A stretch of 64,000 bases of DNA, taken from Octopus sinensis (Eukaryota). The notes beneath the pieces are model-generated. The model searched no databases, had not been told where the DNA came from, and worked only from the letters and a program-made list of their open reading frames with translations. This document shows, piece after piece, positions 1 through 14,759 of this stretch. The position numbers and the translations under genes were made by a program. Numbering within the stretch: position 1 is the stretch's first letter; every line of letters begins with the position of its first letter. The stretch is taken from assembly GCF_006345805.1 (NCBI RefSeq), contig NC_043012.1, forward strand, positions 22,878,001-22,942,000. The letters are read 5' to 3'.

Positions 1-87
1 CAGCTAGAAATGGAAGCAAAGTAAAAAACGAAAAACTAATAATAATAATAATAATAATAATAATCAGAAGAAGAAGAAGAGGAATCG

Positions 88-784
88 TTTATATTATAGG
101 CACAAGGCATGCAATTTTGGGGGTGGAGACAGTTGGTTGTATTGATCCCAGTGCTCAACTTGTACTTATTTCACTGACCCCTAAAAGGAGAAAGGCAAAG
201 TTGACCCCAGGGGAATTTAAACTCAGAACAAAATTGGATGAAATGCCGCTAAGCATTTTGCCTGGCATGCTAACAATTTTGTCAGTTTACCATCTTAAAA
301 ATAATAATGATGATGATGATGATGATGATGATGTTCAATTTTTTGGCACAAGGGCTGAAATTTTAGGGGAAGGGCTAGTCAAATATATCAACCACAGTGT
401 TCAAATGGTACTCATTTTATTGACCCTGAAAGGATGAAAGGCAAAGTCGGCCTCAGCAGAATTTGAACTCGGAACATAAAGACAGACAAAATGCTAAGCA
501 CTTCACCCAGTGTCTTAACGGTTCTGTCAGCTCACCTGACTTAATAATAATAATAATAATAATAATAATGGTTTCAAATTTTGCCACAAGGGCAGCAATT
601 TTGGGGCAGAGGATGAATTGATTACATCGACCCCAGTCTTCAACTGGTACTAATTTTATTGGCCCCAAAAGAATGAAAGGCAAAGTCAACCTCGGTGGAA
701 TTTGAACTCAGAACGTAGCGATGGGCAAAATACCACTAAGCATTTCATCCTGCTTGCTAATGATTCTGCCAGCTTGCCCACTTC
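88..784 (-). mobile_element. Cluster of three tRNA-derived SINE copies (family B), each flanked by (AAT)n/(GAT)n tracts
   Basis: Three copies (~88-296, ~334-541, ~570-784) share the block GAAAGGATGAAAGGCAAAGTYRACC...GAATTTGAACTCAGAA on + (reverse complement of B box TTCTGAGTTCAAATTC plus a MetaSINE-like GCCTTTCATCCTTTC domain). The family assignment is from memory. Confidence 0.85.
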
Positions 785-1408
785 AGTAATAACAACAACA
801 ACAACAATAATAATAACATTATCATCTTTATTATTATTGATGAGATTTGATATTTTATAAGTCAATTAACACCGGTCAAATCAACTTCTTCAGGGACCAA
901 GTCATTGCAGGAATTATTAATCAAAACCAAGATTGCAGATTATTTGAAATTGTTATTTACCATGGATCAGTTTTGGTTTTTCCACAAAGTAAATTATTTA
1001 ATTTATTAGGATTAATTCCATTAAAAACACAGAACTACTGCATAATACATCACCACTGCTGACCACAGAAGGAACAACAGCAAATTTATTCCAAGTGACC
1101 CACTTCATAAAGGACACTGCTTGTAAACAGAATATTGCTTAAAAAAATGAACAACATTTCTCTCAGAAGGCAACTGTGGATAAAAACAAGCATACAGAAA
1201 TGACATACATACACACACACATATATATATACATATGCATGCATATATATACATATATAAATATATATACATATATAAACATATATATATATATATACAT
1301 ATATAAACATATATATATATATACATATATAAACATATATATGATAGATATAATATAAACATATTATATATATATACTAGATACATATATATATATATTA
1401 TATTTATT

Positions 1409-1520
1409 ATATAGAAGGAGCTTCTACAGGATAGAAGTTTATTCAAGAAGAAATCTTCAGAAGCTTCCTGAGATTTTCTTGAATGAAACAGTTCATAGTC
1501 CTGTAGAGCTCCCTCTATAT
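1409..1520. mobile_element. ~110-bp fold-back hairpin, MITE-like
   Basis: ATATAGAAGGAGCTTCTACAGGA (1409-1431) is near-complementary to TCCTGTAGAGCTCCCTCTATAT (1499-1520). Inner pairs TTCAAGAA/TTCTTGAA and AATCTTCAG/CTGAGATT. Sits in TA-rich sequence. Confidence 0.6.
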
Positions 1521-1620
1521 AATAAATAATTTATCTGCTATGTATGCGTACCATATTTAATGGGTTAACCCAATAAAACCGGACCTACATATATATATAT
1601 ATATATATATAACTAGATAA

Positions 1621-1659
<39 letters not shown>

Positions 1660-1820
1660 GATAAATACATATATATATATATTATAATATATACATACAC
1701 ATATATAAACATACATATACATAGATAATAGATATATATATTATATTATATATATACATATTAACATATATATATATATATACATACTATATATACATAT
1801 ATAAATATATATATACATAG

Positions 1821-1865
<45 letters not shown>

Positions 1866-1999
1866 ATACACACACACATGCAGAAAAAAACACACAACCT
1901 TTTATGAATCAACTAGGTCTTGTTGAATTAAAAATATCTGTCTGCCTGTTTGTCAATCTATCTGTCTATATATAGACCGACAGGCATACATATATGTGC

Positions 2000-2049
<50 letters not shown>

Positions 2050-2333
2050 CAATAGTTAAGATTCATGATGATGACAATGATGACGACGATTATGATGATA
2101 ATGATGAAGATGATGATAGCCTTTTTCCATTTTAACTCTATTTTGAAGAATTTATGTTCTTTTTTGTTTTTAAACAGTTTTTTCTTTAGATGAAAAAAAT
2201 TTGGAAATGTGATATTGAAGAAGTAGCTGAAATAAAACAATATCTTTGACACATATTTTAATTTCTGTAGAATGTGTGTAGCAGTGTAAACAGAAGAAAC
2301 AGGTCCACTTTGTAAACAGATACAAACATAAGC

Positions 2334-2373
<40 letters not shown>

Positions 2374-2463
2374 TGTGTATGTACATACATATACACATAT
2401 ACATATATACATATACATTATATATATATATATATATAATATATTATATATGTATATACATAT

Positions 2464-2531
<68 letters not shown>

Positions 2532-3219
2532 GTGTGTGTGATGTACAGAGAGAGGGAGAGAGAGAAAAAGAGAGAGCTAAATAAAGCAAACAAGAGGGAA
2601 AGAAATAGAATAGAGAGTGGGCAAAAGACAGAAAGCAAAAGGAAAGAGAAAGAAAAAAAAAAAGAATCTTGTGAGCTCTCCTCGGTCCCATTAGCTAATA
2701 TTGACTATTACTGATAAATCAATAGTCCCATGACAAACAATAAAATCTTCCGGTATCGCAGAAGTGACATAGGGACAAACAGAATACACCATATTCTACA
2801 GAATTGCTTCAAAGTCATTGCCTTTCGTCTTTCCTCACAGAAGAATACTTTCGATACATTCGCTCTTCAGTGATTTTTATTTACTTTTTATTTTTATTAT
2901 TATTATGATTTTTTTTTTTTTTCCTCTCCGGGTGAAAATCGCAAAAAAAAAAAAAAAAAAAAAAAAATTGAATACATGCTTGTGTGCAACGATGACATCT
3001 AAGAAAACTACAGACTATGCAAGTGGAAATCCCCCGAAGAGGAATTATCTTAATTCTCATACTAAACAATCTGTGGATATCAGCACAGTGCATGTATCCG
3101 CACTGCGCACAGCATTGTGCATTCATTTATGCATTCAAAAATGTATTTCACTTGCATCCTCCATGTCACTAAATGATTGCGACTTGACTCACTTTGTGTG
3201 TACAAACATACATACATAC

Positions 3220-3253
<34 letters not shown>

Positions 3254-4012
3254 CATACATACATATATATATATATATACATACATACATATATATATAT
3301 ATACATATATACATACATACACATATATACACGCACACATATGGGTTTGTGTGCATGTGTATATACACATATATATACACACACACACATATATATATAT
3401 ATACATACACACACATATATGTTTGTATATGATTCTACAAATGGAAGAAGTAGAACTCAATACATAAAGCAAAGTATTTTTATTTGTTGAGGAAAGACAA
3501 CAACTCAAGTGTATAAAGTTTTGTTCCAATGTACTTATTGACCTCACTTTCATGAATTGGTACAAAACTTTGGCCCCTTGAGTAGCACCCTGATTGATAT
3601 ATATATATATATTACAAAGTATATTTTCATGGCAATTAAAGATAAACCACCAGACAAACCTTAACCCATTCCAATGTTGGTTTATGAAATTTTTGCCACT
3701 TGTAAAAGACTGCCTATATTTGTTGTAGAGTTAATTATCTCCCCTTGGTTCCTATCTGTCTCGTTCAAATGACAAGCGCTCATTGAAACTTCACTTAAAT
3801 CGAATGCAGTTACCAACCCATTGTCTTGATGTTACCAACTTTGGAAATAGCAAAATAAATTCAATAATTTGGCCAGGAAACCCTGAGTAAGTGAATTTTA
3901 GAGGTTTTTATTTGAGTTTCTTATTAATAATGATAATAATGTATACTACAATAGGCACAAGGTCTGAAATTTTATGGTAGGGGACTTAATCAGGCAACCC
4001 CAGTGTATAATT

Positions 4013-4510
4013 ATCATTATCATCATTGTTAAATGTCCGTTTTCCATGCTGGCATGGGTTGGATGGTTTGACTGAGGTCTGGAAAGCCAGAAGGCTGCAC
4101 CAGGCTCCAATGTGATCTGGCAATGTTTCTACAGCTGGATGCCCTTCCTAATGCAAACCATTCTGAGAGTGTAGTGGGTGCTTTTTATGTGTCACCAGCA
4201 CAGGAGCTAGTCAGGCGAGCTTGGCATCAACCACATTTAGATGGTGCATTTTATGTGCCACTGGCACAGGAGCCAATCAGGGGACACTGGCATCGACCAC
4301 ATTTGGATGATGCATTTTTCGTGCCACTGGAACGGGAGCCAATCAGGGGGCACTGGCCACAGCTATAATTTTGGTTTTACTCAACAGGTCTTCTGAAGCA
4401 TATTACATCACCTGACACATCAAGGGTACTCTTAACTGGGCCAGACATGCAACACTATAGCTCTGATCTCACTTTAGAGGCTGGGTCTTCCCAATCACAG
4501 CATATCTCCA
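4013..4510 (-). mobile_element. 5'-truncated RTE LINE 3' end with an internal 66-bp tandem repeat
   Basis: (CAT)n tail then TTAAATGTCCGTTTTCCATGCTGGCATGGGTTGGA, shared with 13335-13757, 17752-17975 and 26575-26730. The right end matches the sequence next to the ORF end of the LINE at 8115-9420. Confidence 0.8.
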
Positions 4511-4805
4511 TAACTGGTGCTTATTTTCTTGATGCCAAAAAGGATGGAAAAGGAAGTTATCTTTGGCAGAATTCGAACTCAGAATTAGCTCAGAAATGAT
4601 AGAAACATTTTTCCCAATGAGCTAAGGCTTCTGCCAACTCACTGCCTGTACCAGTGGCACATGAAAAGCCCCATTCAAGCATGGTCAATGCCAATGCCAC
4701 TGAGTGGCTCCCTTGCCTGTGGAATGTAAAAATCACCCACTACACTCTTGGAATGGTTGGCATTAGGAATATACAATATACATGTAATATATATATATAT
4801 ACATG

Positions 4806-4837
<32 letters not shown>

Positions 4838-5262
4838 ATATATATATATACATATACATAGATATATCATATATATATACATATATATATATACAATATA
4901 TATATAATATATATATATATACATATTATATACATATATATACATATATATATACATATATATATATACATATAATATATATACATATATATATATATAT
5001 ACATATTATATATATACATATATATATATACATAATAATATATCTATATAATATATACATATATATATATACATATAATATATATATATACATATATATA
5101 TATACATATTATATATAATATATATATATATATACATATACATAATATATACAATATATATATACATATATATATACATATATATATATACATATTATAT
5201 ATATACATATATATATATATACATATATACATATATACCATATATATAAGATATACATATAC

Positions 5263-5297
<35 letters not shown>

Positions 5298-5301
5298 GTC
5301 A

Positions 5302-5678
5302 TTTCTTTTACTTGTTCCTGTAATTGGACTGTGGCGATGCTAGCGCACCATGTCTTGTTGAAGGGTTTTAGTTGAACAAATTGACTCCCAGCACTAACTT
5401 TTAAAGCTTGGTGCTTATTTCTATTGATTTCTTTTGCTAAGTTAAGGGGATGTAAACAAACCAACACCAGACGCCAAGTGGTGGTGAGGAACAATGGTAC
5501 ACATACCCATGGATATATGTAAGCTTCTATATAGTTTCCATCAACAAAATCCACTCACTAAGTACCATTTGGCCCAGGGTCTATAGTAGAAGACACTTGT
5601 CCAAGGTGCTGTGTAGTGGGTCTGAACCTGAAACCATGAGATTTCAAAGTGAGCCTTCTTAACCACACACTCATGTCT
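5302..5678 (-). mobile_element. SINE family A (tRNA head + CORE-like domain), degraded
   Basis: Aligns by eye to the full copy at 29097-29506 (ACCTTGGACAAGTGTCTTCTACTATAG core on the minus strand; TTTTACTTGTT tail on +). Confidence 0.8.
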
Positions 5679-6499
5679 GTAAGCTGTATGAACTGAATTG
5701 AATTCACATTCTACAGCATATGATACTAATTAATAGCTAATTATGCTATCCATCTCTGGCATAATATTTACTTACATATTAAAAACTGGTTATGAGCTCA
5801 TTAGATGAAACAAACCCTAAGTGAGTTAATACATGAATACCCTATCTAAATATGCTATATAATGAGATAGTGTTTGTGAGATTTAAGTAAAAAAAAAAAA
5901 AAAATAGTAAAAATTCCTATCGCTTTAAGATTACAAAGACAGTAGAAAGAGTTTTGATCCTATCAGATGTAAAGCACAATTTAAAAACAATGAACGAATA
6001 CTTTCTATGTAATTACTGGCTAAATGAAGGAAAATTACTAGACGAATGTAAAGTATACTGTACATGTATAACATTATATTGTTATAAAACTTCTTTGTTG
6101 TCCTGTGTAAACAATATGACAATATGAATACATAATTTATCACATAAGAATTTATCCTTTCTCATGTATAGTCATGAATGTATATTTAGTTTAAACACAT
6201 AATATCCATTTTTCAAAGACAGTTAAGTACTTGGTTGATTTTCTTTGTTTTTTGTTTTTTTTTCCAAATGTTGCTATCTTGTAGCAAACAAATAAACTGC
6301 AGAAAAATGTTGTTTCTGTGAAGTGAGTTTTTAGTATTTAGTTTTCAATGAGGTTTCACTGGAGCAATTTAATTAATAATTTACCATGCATCTGAAAGAA
6401 ACGAAATGATTCTAAAAGAGCGACGGATTCATAATTATGCAACAAAACACTTCTTTTGCATTTGTCTTCACAGCTTCTCTTGTATTCTCTCAATAGTTG

Positions 6500-6910
6500 C
6501 ATAAACATGGGGTTAAGAAACTGGCTTTGCAACTATGTGGATTCATGTTCAGTCCTATAGCATGGCACATCGGCCAAATGTCTTCCACTACAACCCTCAG
6601 TTGACCAGTACTATACAAATGGATTTGGCAGAAGGAAACTGTGTGGAATCTTGAGTGTTTGTGTGTGTGTGTGTGTGCTTGCATGTGCATGTGTGTGTGT
6701 CTTGCATTTGTATTCATCCCCCACCACTGCTTTATAACTATTTGTTTATGTTCCTGTGACTTAGTGGTTCAGCAAAAGATATCAATAGAATAAATTCTGA
6801 GCTTTAAGAAAAATAAGTATCGAGGTTGCATTGCTTGAGTGAAGCCTTCAGGGCAGCGGCCCAACAGGGCTGCTGTCCAATGACTGAAACAAGTAGAAGC
6901 TAAAAGACAA
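6500..6910 (+). mobile_element. SINE family A
   Basis: Degraded head GGTTAAGAAACTGGCTTTGCAAC...GTTCAGTCC, core AAATGTCTTCCACTA, tail CAATGACTGAAACAAGTAGAAG. Confidence 0.8.
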
Positions 6911-6994
6911 TAACTGTTTGTGTATAAAATTATTTTCAAAGAATTCAATGTATACATAAATGGTCGAGTGATTCAATGACGTCTTTTATTATCT

Positions 6995-7355
6995 ATTGTT
7001 TATCGTTTACTTGCTTTGGACATTTGGCTGTGGCCAATCTGGGGCATCACCTTGAAAGGGTTAGTGGAAAAATCAACCCCAGTACGTATACTTTTTTTTT
7101 AGTTCTCAAACCACTAAATTACAAGAATACAAACAAACCAACACTAGCTGTGAAGAGGTGGAGGGTACAAAGACATGCACACACACACACACACATATGA
7201 TGGGCTTCCAAACAGTTTTCATTCACCAAAGTCACTCACAGGGCATTGCTCAGCCCAGAGCTACAGGAGAAGATAATTGTCCCAAGGTGCTGAACAGTGA
7301 GATTGAACTCAATTCTATATGGTTGCAATGTGAGCTTTTTTAACCTCACAGTCAC
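6995..7355 (-). mobile_element. SINE family A, inverted relative to 6500-6910
   Basis: Reverse-complement tail TTTACTTGCTTTGGACATTTGGCTGTGGCC and head CCCAAGGTGCTGAACAGTGAGATTGAAC. Confidence 0.75.
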
Positions 7356-8114
7356 ACTTTCACACAGTGTTTACAGATTCAAATCATTTTAATGGATGAC
7401 ACACAAATTCAAAATGTTCCTTCATTTCACTTTTATTCTTTGTAAAATTTATTTAATTCTTCGAATTTTGATGCTCCTTCAAATCTAATGGAATTGGCAC
7501 AGTCTTTTCTTTCTAATTCTTCCCAGCAGGACAGTCAGAAACTGTTCAGGTGTTAATATCCTGATTTTTTCCTCCAAAAGGACATATATATTGACATAGG
7601 AAATATTATTGATGGGAAAACTATGAACAAGAAAAGAAGAGAGGTGCAGGGATGGGTGTGGGGTTGGGAAGCTTACTTTGCAGCTATGTTGAGTTCAGTC
7701 CCACTGCATGGCACCTTGGGCAAATGTCTTCTACTATAGCTCTACCCACACAAACATATGTATATATATATATATATATATATATGAGGAACAATGTAAT
7801 ACTTACAGTGTTTAATAAAATGAAGTAGCATGAAACGATCGTACCACATTACCTTGGAGATACTTGTTGCTTATTTTGATTATAATCACCTCATGGATTT
7901 ATATGGAAAATACCATACAAAATTCTGGTGCATTTGACTTAAGTACCATATTCATCTTATATATATGCTGAACTTATATATATATATATACAATAGACAT
8001 CTTACAATCTCCATCTGCCAAATCCAGTCACAAGCCTTTGGTTAGTCCAGAGCTATAACAGAAGAGAGCTGGCCAACATGCCATGGCATGGAACTATATA
8101 TATAGTCTTATGCA

Positions 8115-9420
8115 ACTGTGTGATAGACGGTCATGTGAAACAGGTCTTCTCAGGCATATCATATCGCTCGACACATCAGGGGTACTCTTAACTGGACCAG
8201 ACATGCATGGCTGTGATCTCACTTTAGTTGCAAGGTCTTCTCAGTCACAGCATATCTCCAAAAGTCTTGGTCTCCTGTCATGGCCTCTGTGAGGCCCAAT
8301 GTTTGAAGGTCATGCTTCACCACCTCATCTCATGTCTTCCTGGGTCTACCTCTTCCACAGTTTCCTGACACAGTTAGGGAGTGGCACTTTCGCACACAGC
8401 TATCCTCATCCATACGTAACATATGATCATACCGGTGCAGTCATCTCTCTTGCACATCACATTTGATGCTTCTTATACCCAAATTTTCTTTCAGGGTGTT
8501 TATACTCTCTTGTGTGCGCACACTAACATTACACATCCAGCAGATTATACTAGCTTCATTTCTTACAAGCCTATGCATATCCTCAGCAGTCATGGCCCAT
8601 GTTTCACTACTGTGTAGCATGGCAGTTCGTACAAATGCATCATACAGTCTATCTTTCAACCCGAGCGAGAGGCCTTTAGTTGCCAGCAGAGGTAAGAGCT
8701 CCCTGAACTTTGCCCAGGATTTTCTTATTCTAGCTGCTACACACTCAGAGGAATCACCTCCAGTACAGACTTGGTTGCCTAGGTAGTAGAAGCTATCAAC
8801 TACTTCTAGTTTTTTCCTCCTGGCATGTGATGGAATCTGTTTTCTGTACATCTTCAGTGTTTATTGCCCCTGTGCCTCTGCCACACACAAAAACTATCTT
8901 CCTGGTTAACCAGCCTTTGATATTGCTGCACCTTTTATATGCCCATAGCTTACACCGGGTTCATCGTATGGAGTTTCTACCCATGCCTTTTTTACAAGTC
9001 GACCAGGGCCATCTACCTGATGGGGTTTGTGATATGACAGCCTTCCTACTTACTAAGACTTTGGTTTTTGCTAGGTTAACCATAAGGCCCTTCAATTCTA
9101 GACCTTGCTTCCACATCCTAAACTTTGTCTCTAGTTCTAGCAGTGACTCAGCTATTAGAGTTAGGTCATCAGCATAGAGGAGCTTCCAGGGGCAGCCTGT
9201 CTTGAATTCCTCTGTTATTGTATAAGAGGGGGATGAGGAGTGATACCTGGTGAACCCTACTTCAACTCAGAATTCTTCACTATACTCGTTGCCAACCCAT
9301 ACCATACTGACAGCATCCATGTACAGGACTTGTACAGCTCTTACCAATCACTTGTCTAACCCCAGTTTCCACATTGACCACCAGATAAGGGATCATGGGT
9401 CCCTGTCAAAGGCTTTCTCC
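8115..9420 (-). mobile_element. 5'-truncated RTE-clade LINE (RT and C-terminal region; pseudogenised)
   Basis: Minus-strand translation gives EKAFDR..LIWWS (near 9400), KKLEVVDSFYYLG...ARIRKSWAKFRELLPLL...YDAFVRTAMLHSSETW (ORF 8441-8851) and RGRPRKT near 8340, typical of RTE ORFs. It stops abruptly at (AT)n at 9421. Confidence 0.9.
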
Positions 9421-9984
9421 ATATATATATATATATATATACATACACACATGTGTGTGTATCGTTTATCTTTTACTTGTTTCAGCCATTAGACTGTAGC
9501 CATGCTGGACCACCACCATGAAGAATTATTTTAGAGAAATGAATCGACTTCAATATTTATTCCCTCACTCTCTTTTTGCTGAACCACTAGGTTGTGGGGA
9601 TGTAAACACCAACGCTATGTGTCAAGTGGTAGTGGGGGACAAACAGACACAAACACACACAAACATGAGTTGCAACGTCACTGGTGCCACTCGGTACAAA
9701 GTGGTCGGCAACTGAATGGAGAAAGCGAAGATGCCTTTAGTAGTGTCTTGCCTACAACCAAAGACAACTCTAATGCTAATGCTTGGAGGAACTGGAAATG
9801 GTAAACTCTGTAAAGTGGTTGCCAATAGGAAGGGTATGCAGCTGTGGATGCGAAGTCTGTGAGAGTAGCAGCTCCTGATACGAGATGACTCAGACAATGA
9901 TAGCACATCACTAACACATCATCAACTTACAGCAACATAGGAAGCAGATATAAGGTGATAAAGAAGAGGTTTTATATATATCTA

Positions 9985-10020
<36 letters not shown>

Positions 10021-10098
10021 CATATATATATATACATATATATAATATATATATATACATACTATATATATATACATACATATATATATACATACATA

Positions 10099-10163
<65 letters not shown>

Positions 10164-10275
10164 CATACATATATATATATACATACATACATATATATAC
10201 ATACATACATATATATATAACATACATATATATATACATACATATATATATATACATACACATATATATATATAT

Positions 10276-10314
<39 letters not shown>

Positions 10315-10770
10315 ATATATATATATATTCATCTCAAAATTATGTGTACATTATATTTCATACTAGTCTACATATATTTGCATAAACACACACACACATG
10401 ATATTTAAAGATTCATATATATATATATATATATTTATACATTTGTGCAGCTAAATAGATGGGTATAGATATAGACACTGACACCACAAACTCATTGGTG
10501 AAAAGCTTATTTTTAAAAACATATATCTCACAAAAGGGCATAGACATACATATATACAAACATATATATATAGACACACACACATACATACATACATAAA
10601 TACATACATATATACATACAAACATGCATAGACATACATACACATACACACACACAGATATATACACATATATATGTGTATGTGTGTGTAAATGTATGTA
10701 TATATATAAAATAAAAAACCATATAGATATATAAAAAATAATACATTTACATAGATATGCTCACATACAT

Positions 10771-10818
<48 letters not shown>

Positions 10819-11401
10819 TTAATGATATAAAAATGTCCAGTATGTAAAGGAATCCTGCTCTAGAAACCTACAGTAGGATCATTTTAAAATTAAACCAATC
10901 ATTTTTTTAATAAATTTTATTCCCTCACATTCATAAAAATTTACACAAAATATTTCAAAGAGATTGCACAATAATGGAGTCTCACCAGCATTTGCATATT
11001 AATAAGAATCTATTTATGACTACTGCAATAAATATTGTGTAAGTACAGTAAAATTGTGATTTAATGTTTGTCTCAGAGTCAAAGTCAGGAAAATTTGATG
11101 TATTAGCAGCGTGTAAATATAAGGAAATTTTATTATTAAATTGTGTATGCGCCTATGTGTGTGTGCACGTGTATGTGTTGTATTTTCATAAGGCTACACA
11201 TACATTCACACATACATTCACATATACATACACGTCGAGATAGAAACATAGACATGTTTACACACACACATATATATATATGTTTCTACAAGTGCTTGTG
11301 TGTGTGTGTAAGTGTGTGTGTGTGTGTGCATGGATGTGTGTGTGTGTGTGCATATGCATGTGCAAACACGAATGGTTTCATTGAAAGTTGATGAAATATA
11401 A

Positions 11402-11437
<36 letters not shown>

Positions 11438-11573
11438 ATGAGCTTTTGTGAATCATTTTAGTGTGCATAAACTACTCGCTGAAGCTTCAACAACCACCAA
11501 TAATGATGATAATGATGACACGGATGATGAGGATATGTACACACACACAAATTTATAAATATATGTGCGTATG

Positions 11574-11627
<54 letters not shown>

Positions 11628-11758
11628 GACACACATGTATAAATACATGTGTATATACATATGAATATGTTTATAGATATATATGCATACATACACACAC
11701 ACACAAAACACATCTATATATGTATCTATATCTAATATATATTCATACACACAGATAT

Positions 11759-11790
<32 letters not shown>

Positions 11791-11865
11791 CACACACATA
11801 TATATATACAATATATATATATATATACAGACATGCATATATATATATATATATCTATATATATA

Positions 11866-11899
<34 letters not shown>

Positions 11900-12385
11900 C
11901 ACACACATATATATATATATATATATTATATAGACACATACATATAATATATATGTATCTAGAGACATACATATATAAATACATACATATACATGTACAC
12001 ATACACACGTATACATATATATATAATATCTATATCTAATATATATTCATACATGCAAACATATATTATACATAAATATATATATATATATATATGCATA
12101 CATACATATGCACACAGACAGACAAACATATGTATGTATATATATAATTATATATATATATATATATACACAAGACACACTCAAACACCCACACACATAT
12201 ATTTATATACTTATGAAGGGCAGTTTTAATGTTTTGCCTGTTTCTATCATTACAGTAAAGTTTTCACGCAGTAATGTTTATGTGTGTAAATGTTTATCAA
12301 TGTCCAAAAGTTCAAATGTAATGTTGTATTAATATAGGAAAATGTTTTTTATTGTAATTTGTTGAAGTACCTGTGTGTTTTATGG

Positions 12386-12436
<51 letters not shown>

Positions 12437-12927
12437 TTGTATGTATGTATATATACAAGACATTCATATACACGTACACCTATGCCCACATGTTAATATA
12501 TACCTACATATATAAATTTCTATATATGTACATATATATATAGGCAAATATAAATGCATATGCATTTATACATACACATACACACAAACATATTTATTTA
12601 TGTACATGCATACACACACACACCCATATATAAATATACACACTCATAAGCATACACATATAGAATATATGTGTATATATATTTACACACAAATATTTGC
12701 ATAAATATATACTTATATATATAAATGTATATATGCGTATATATATGTATAGACACACATATACATATATATATGCACACACACATATGTACACATAAAC
12801 GTGTTCATATATATATGTATGTATATAGATATATCATCATCACATACATATATATATATATGTGTGTCTGTGTGTGTACATATAAGTATATACATATGTG
12901 TATATATATAATATATATATAATATAT

Positions 12928-12961
<34 letters not shown>

Positions 12962-13334
12962 GGTTCAGACATGAACATTTGTATAGATACAGTATGTATT
13001 TCTCTAGGAGTCTATTTTATTGTAACAATGTGAAATGTGTGTTCATATTCATACGCTAGACAAGTAAATGTTTCGTTGTAACTTCAGTCGATATCAGACA
13101 TAAACAAAGGACGTGCAGTTTTTGTGTATATAAACTCTACAACTGCATGTAAAGTTTTCTTTTTATGTATTAAAAATTGATTAAAAAATTTATTTTTGTT
13201 ATGTAGATGTGTGACAGAGTATGAAGCTTCTTTAGCTTCAAATTATGCCGTTGTTGCTCTCTCTCTCTCTTTGTATATATATATACATATGTATATGTTA
13301 TACATATTTATACATATATACATATCAATATATA

Positions 13335-13757
13335 TAGCATAACCAGCCCCAGCTCACTCAAAAGTACCTTCAATCACAGGGTGACATGCTGTGCTTGAGG
13401 AGACCTATTGAGTCAAGTATATCAAAATCAAATGGAAATTGTAGTTGCGATCCCCTGCCACGTAAAAAGCACCATCTGAACGTGGCCGATGCCAGCGCCG
13501 CCTTCACTGGCTTCCGTGCCGGTGGCTTGTAAAAAGCACCAACCGATCATGGTCGTTGCCAGCTTCCTCTAGCCCCTGTGTCGATGGCACGTAAAAAGCA
13601 CCCCTACATTCTCAGAATAGTTGGCACTAGGAAGGGCATCCAGCTGTAGAACCATTGCCAGATCAGACTGGGGCCTGGTGCAGCCTCCTGGCTTCCCAGA
13701 CACCAGTTGAACTGTCCAACCCATGGAAAACGGACATTAAATGATGATGATGATGAT
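13335..13757 (+). mobile_element. RTE LINE 3' end (3' UTR) with three internal repeat units and (GAT)n tail
   Basis: GTAAAAAGCACC at 13462, 13529 and 13591; GGAAGGGCATCCAGCTGTAGAA; ends GGAAAACGGACATTAAATGATGATGATG. Confidence 0.8.
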
Positions 13758-13879
13758 ATATATGTATAGAGATATACATGCACACGCATATATATACTTG
13801 TATACACCCATCTATACACGGCTATATATATATAGGGCGACATATATATATATATCATGGTATTCATGGTATTGAGCAA

Positions 13880-14150
13880 ACTATTGAAAGTTGCTAAACA
13901 TCACTGGTCCCTATGCGCTTCATATTGTTTTAGCTTTTGAATGTTGCCACCCTGCTGGCTTTGGTGAGCAGATGAACAGTCCCTACCCTGATTGGAAGGC
14001 TAATCCATCACACGTTGGCCGATTTACACCTGACTGAACTGGAACAAAGTGAAATGAAGTGTATCGTTCAAGAACACAGGTTGCTTGGTTTGAGAATCGA
14101 ACCCATGAACTAGAAATCATGAGTGCAACACCCTCACCACTAGGATACAC
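13880..14150 (-). mobile_element. Degraded tRNA-derived SINE combining a family-D-like middle with a family-C-like 3' end
   Basis: GACTGAACTGGAACAAAGTGAAATGAAGTG resembles 30556-30590; ATTGTTTTAGCTTTTGAATGTTGCCACCCTGCTGGC resembles 30070-30110. Confidence 0.55.
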
Positions 14151-14157
14151 ACACACA

Positions 14158-14192
<35 letters not shown>

Positions 14193-14675
14193 CACTTCTG
14201 TTATATATACACACACATATCTATATACACACAAGTGCACATCTATATACATACACATATATCTATATACACACAAATACACATCTATATACACACACAT
14301 TTTTATATATATATACACACACACATATCTATATACACACAAATACACATCTATATATATACATATTTATATATATATAATATATATATATATATATTAG
14401 AAGAAATGAGGTACTCAGAAAATCGGATGGTTTATATTTACAGATATTTATTTGTATATTACATTTTTTATACATCATATAACTTAGATCATGTATTAGC
14501 GCTTTCTCACATTCTAGTGGGGTTTTCAAATCAAACTAAGTTATATAATATATATATATATATACACACACACACATATATATATATACACACAATACAC
14601 ATATACACACACATATTTATATATATATATATATATATAATACACACACACATCTATATACACACACACATTTAT

Positions 14676-14734
<59 letters not shown>

Positions 14735-14759
14735 AAAAAAGAGAGACAGAGATGATGAA

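Noticed and set aside
3470-3592. Tc1-like terminus ...GTAGCACCCTG, and a mariner TIR-like stub at 41233-41262
   Set aside because: Single ends only, with no partner TIR or transposase remnant found.
4123-4368. ORF with repeated AFYVPLAQEPIRGHW units
   Set aside because: It is the antisense translation of the 66-bp tandem repeat in the RTE 3' UTR.
5778-5818. Minus-strand AG...GTAAGT exon-like segment
   Set aside because: Stops in all three frames; it shows how common decoy splice sites are here.
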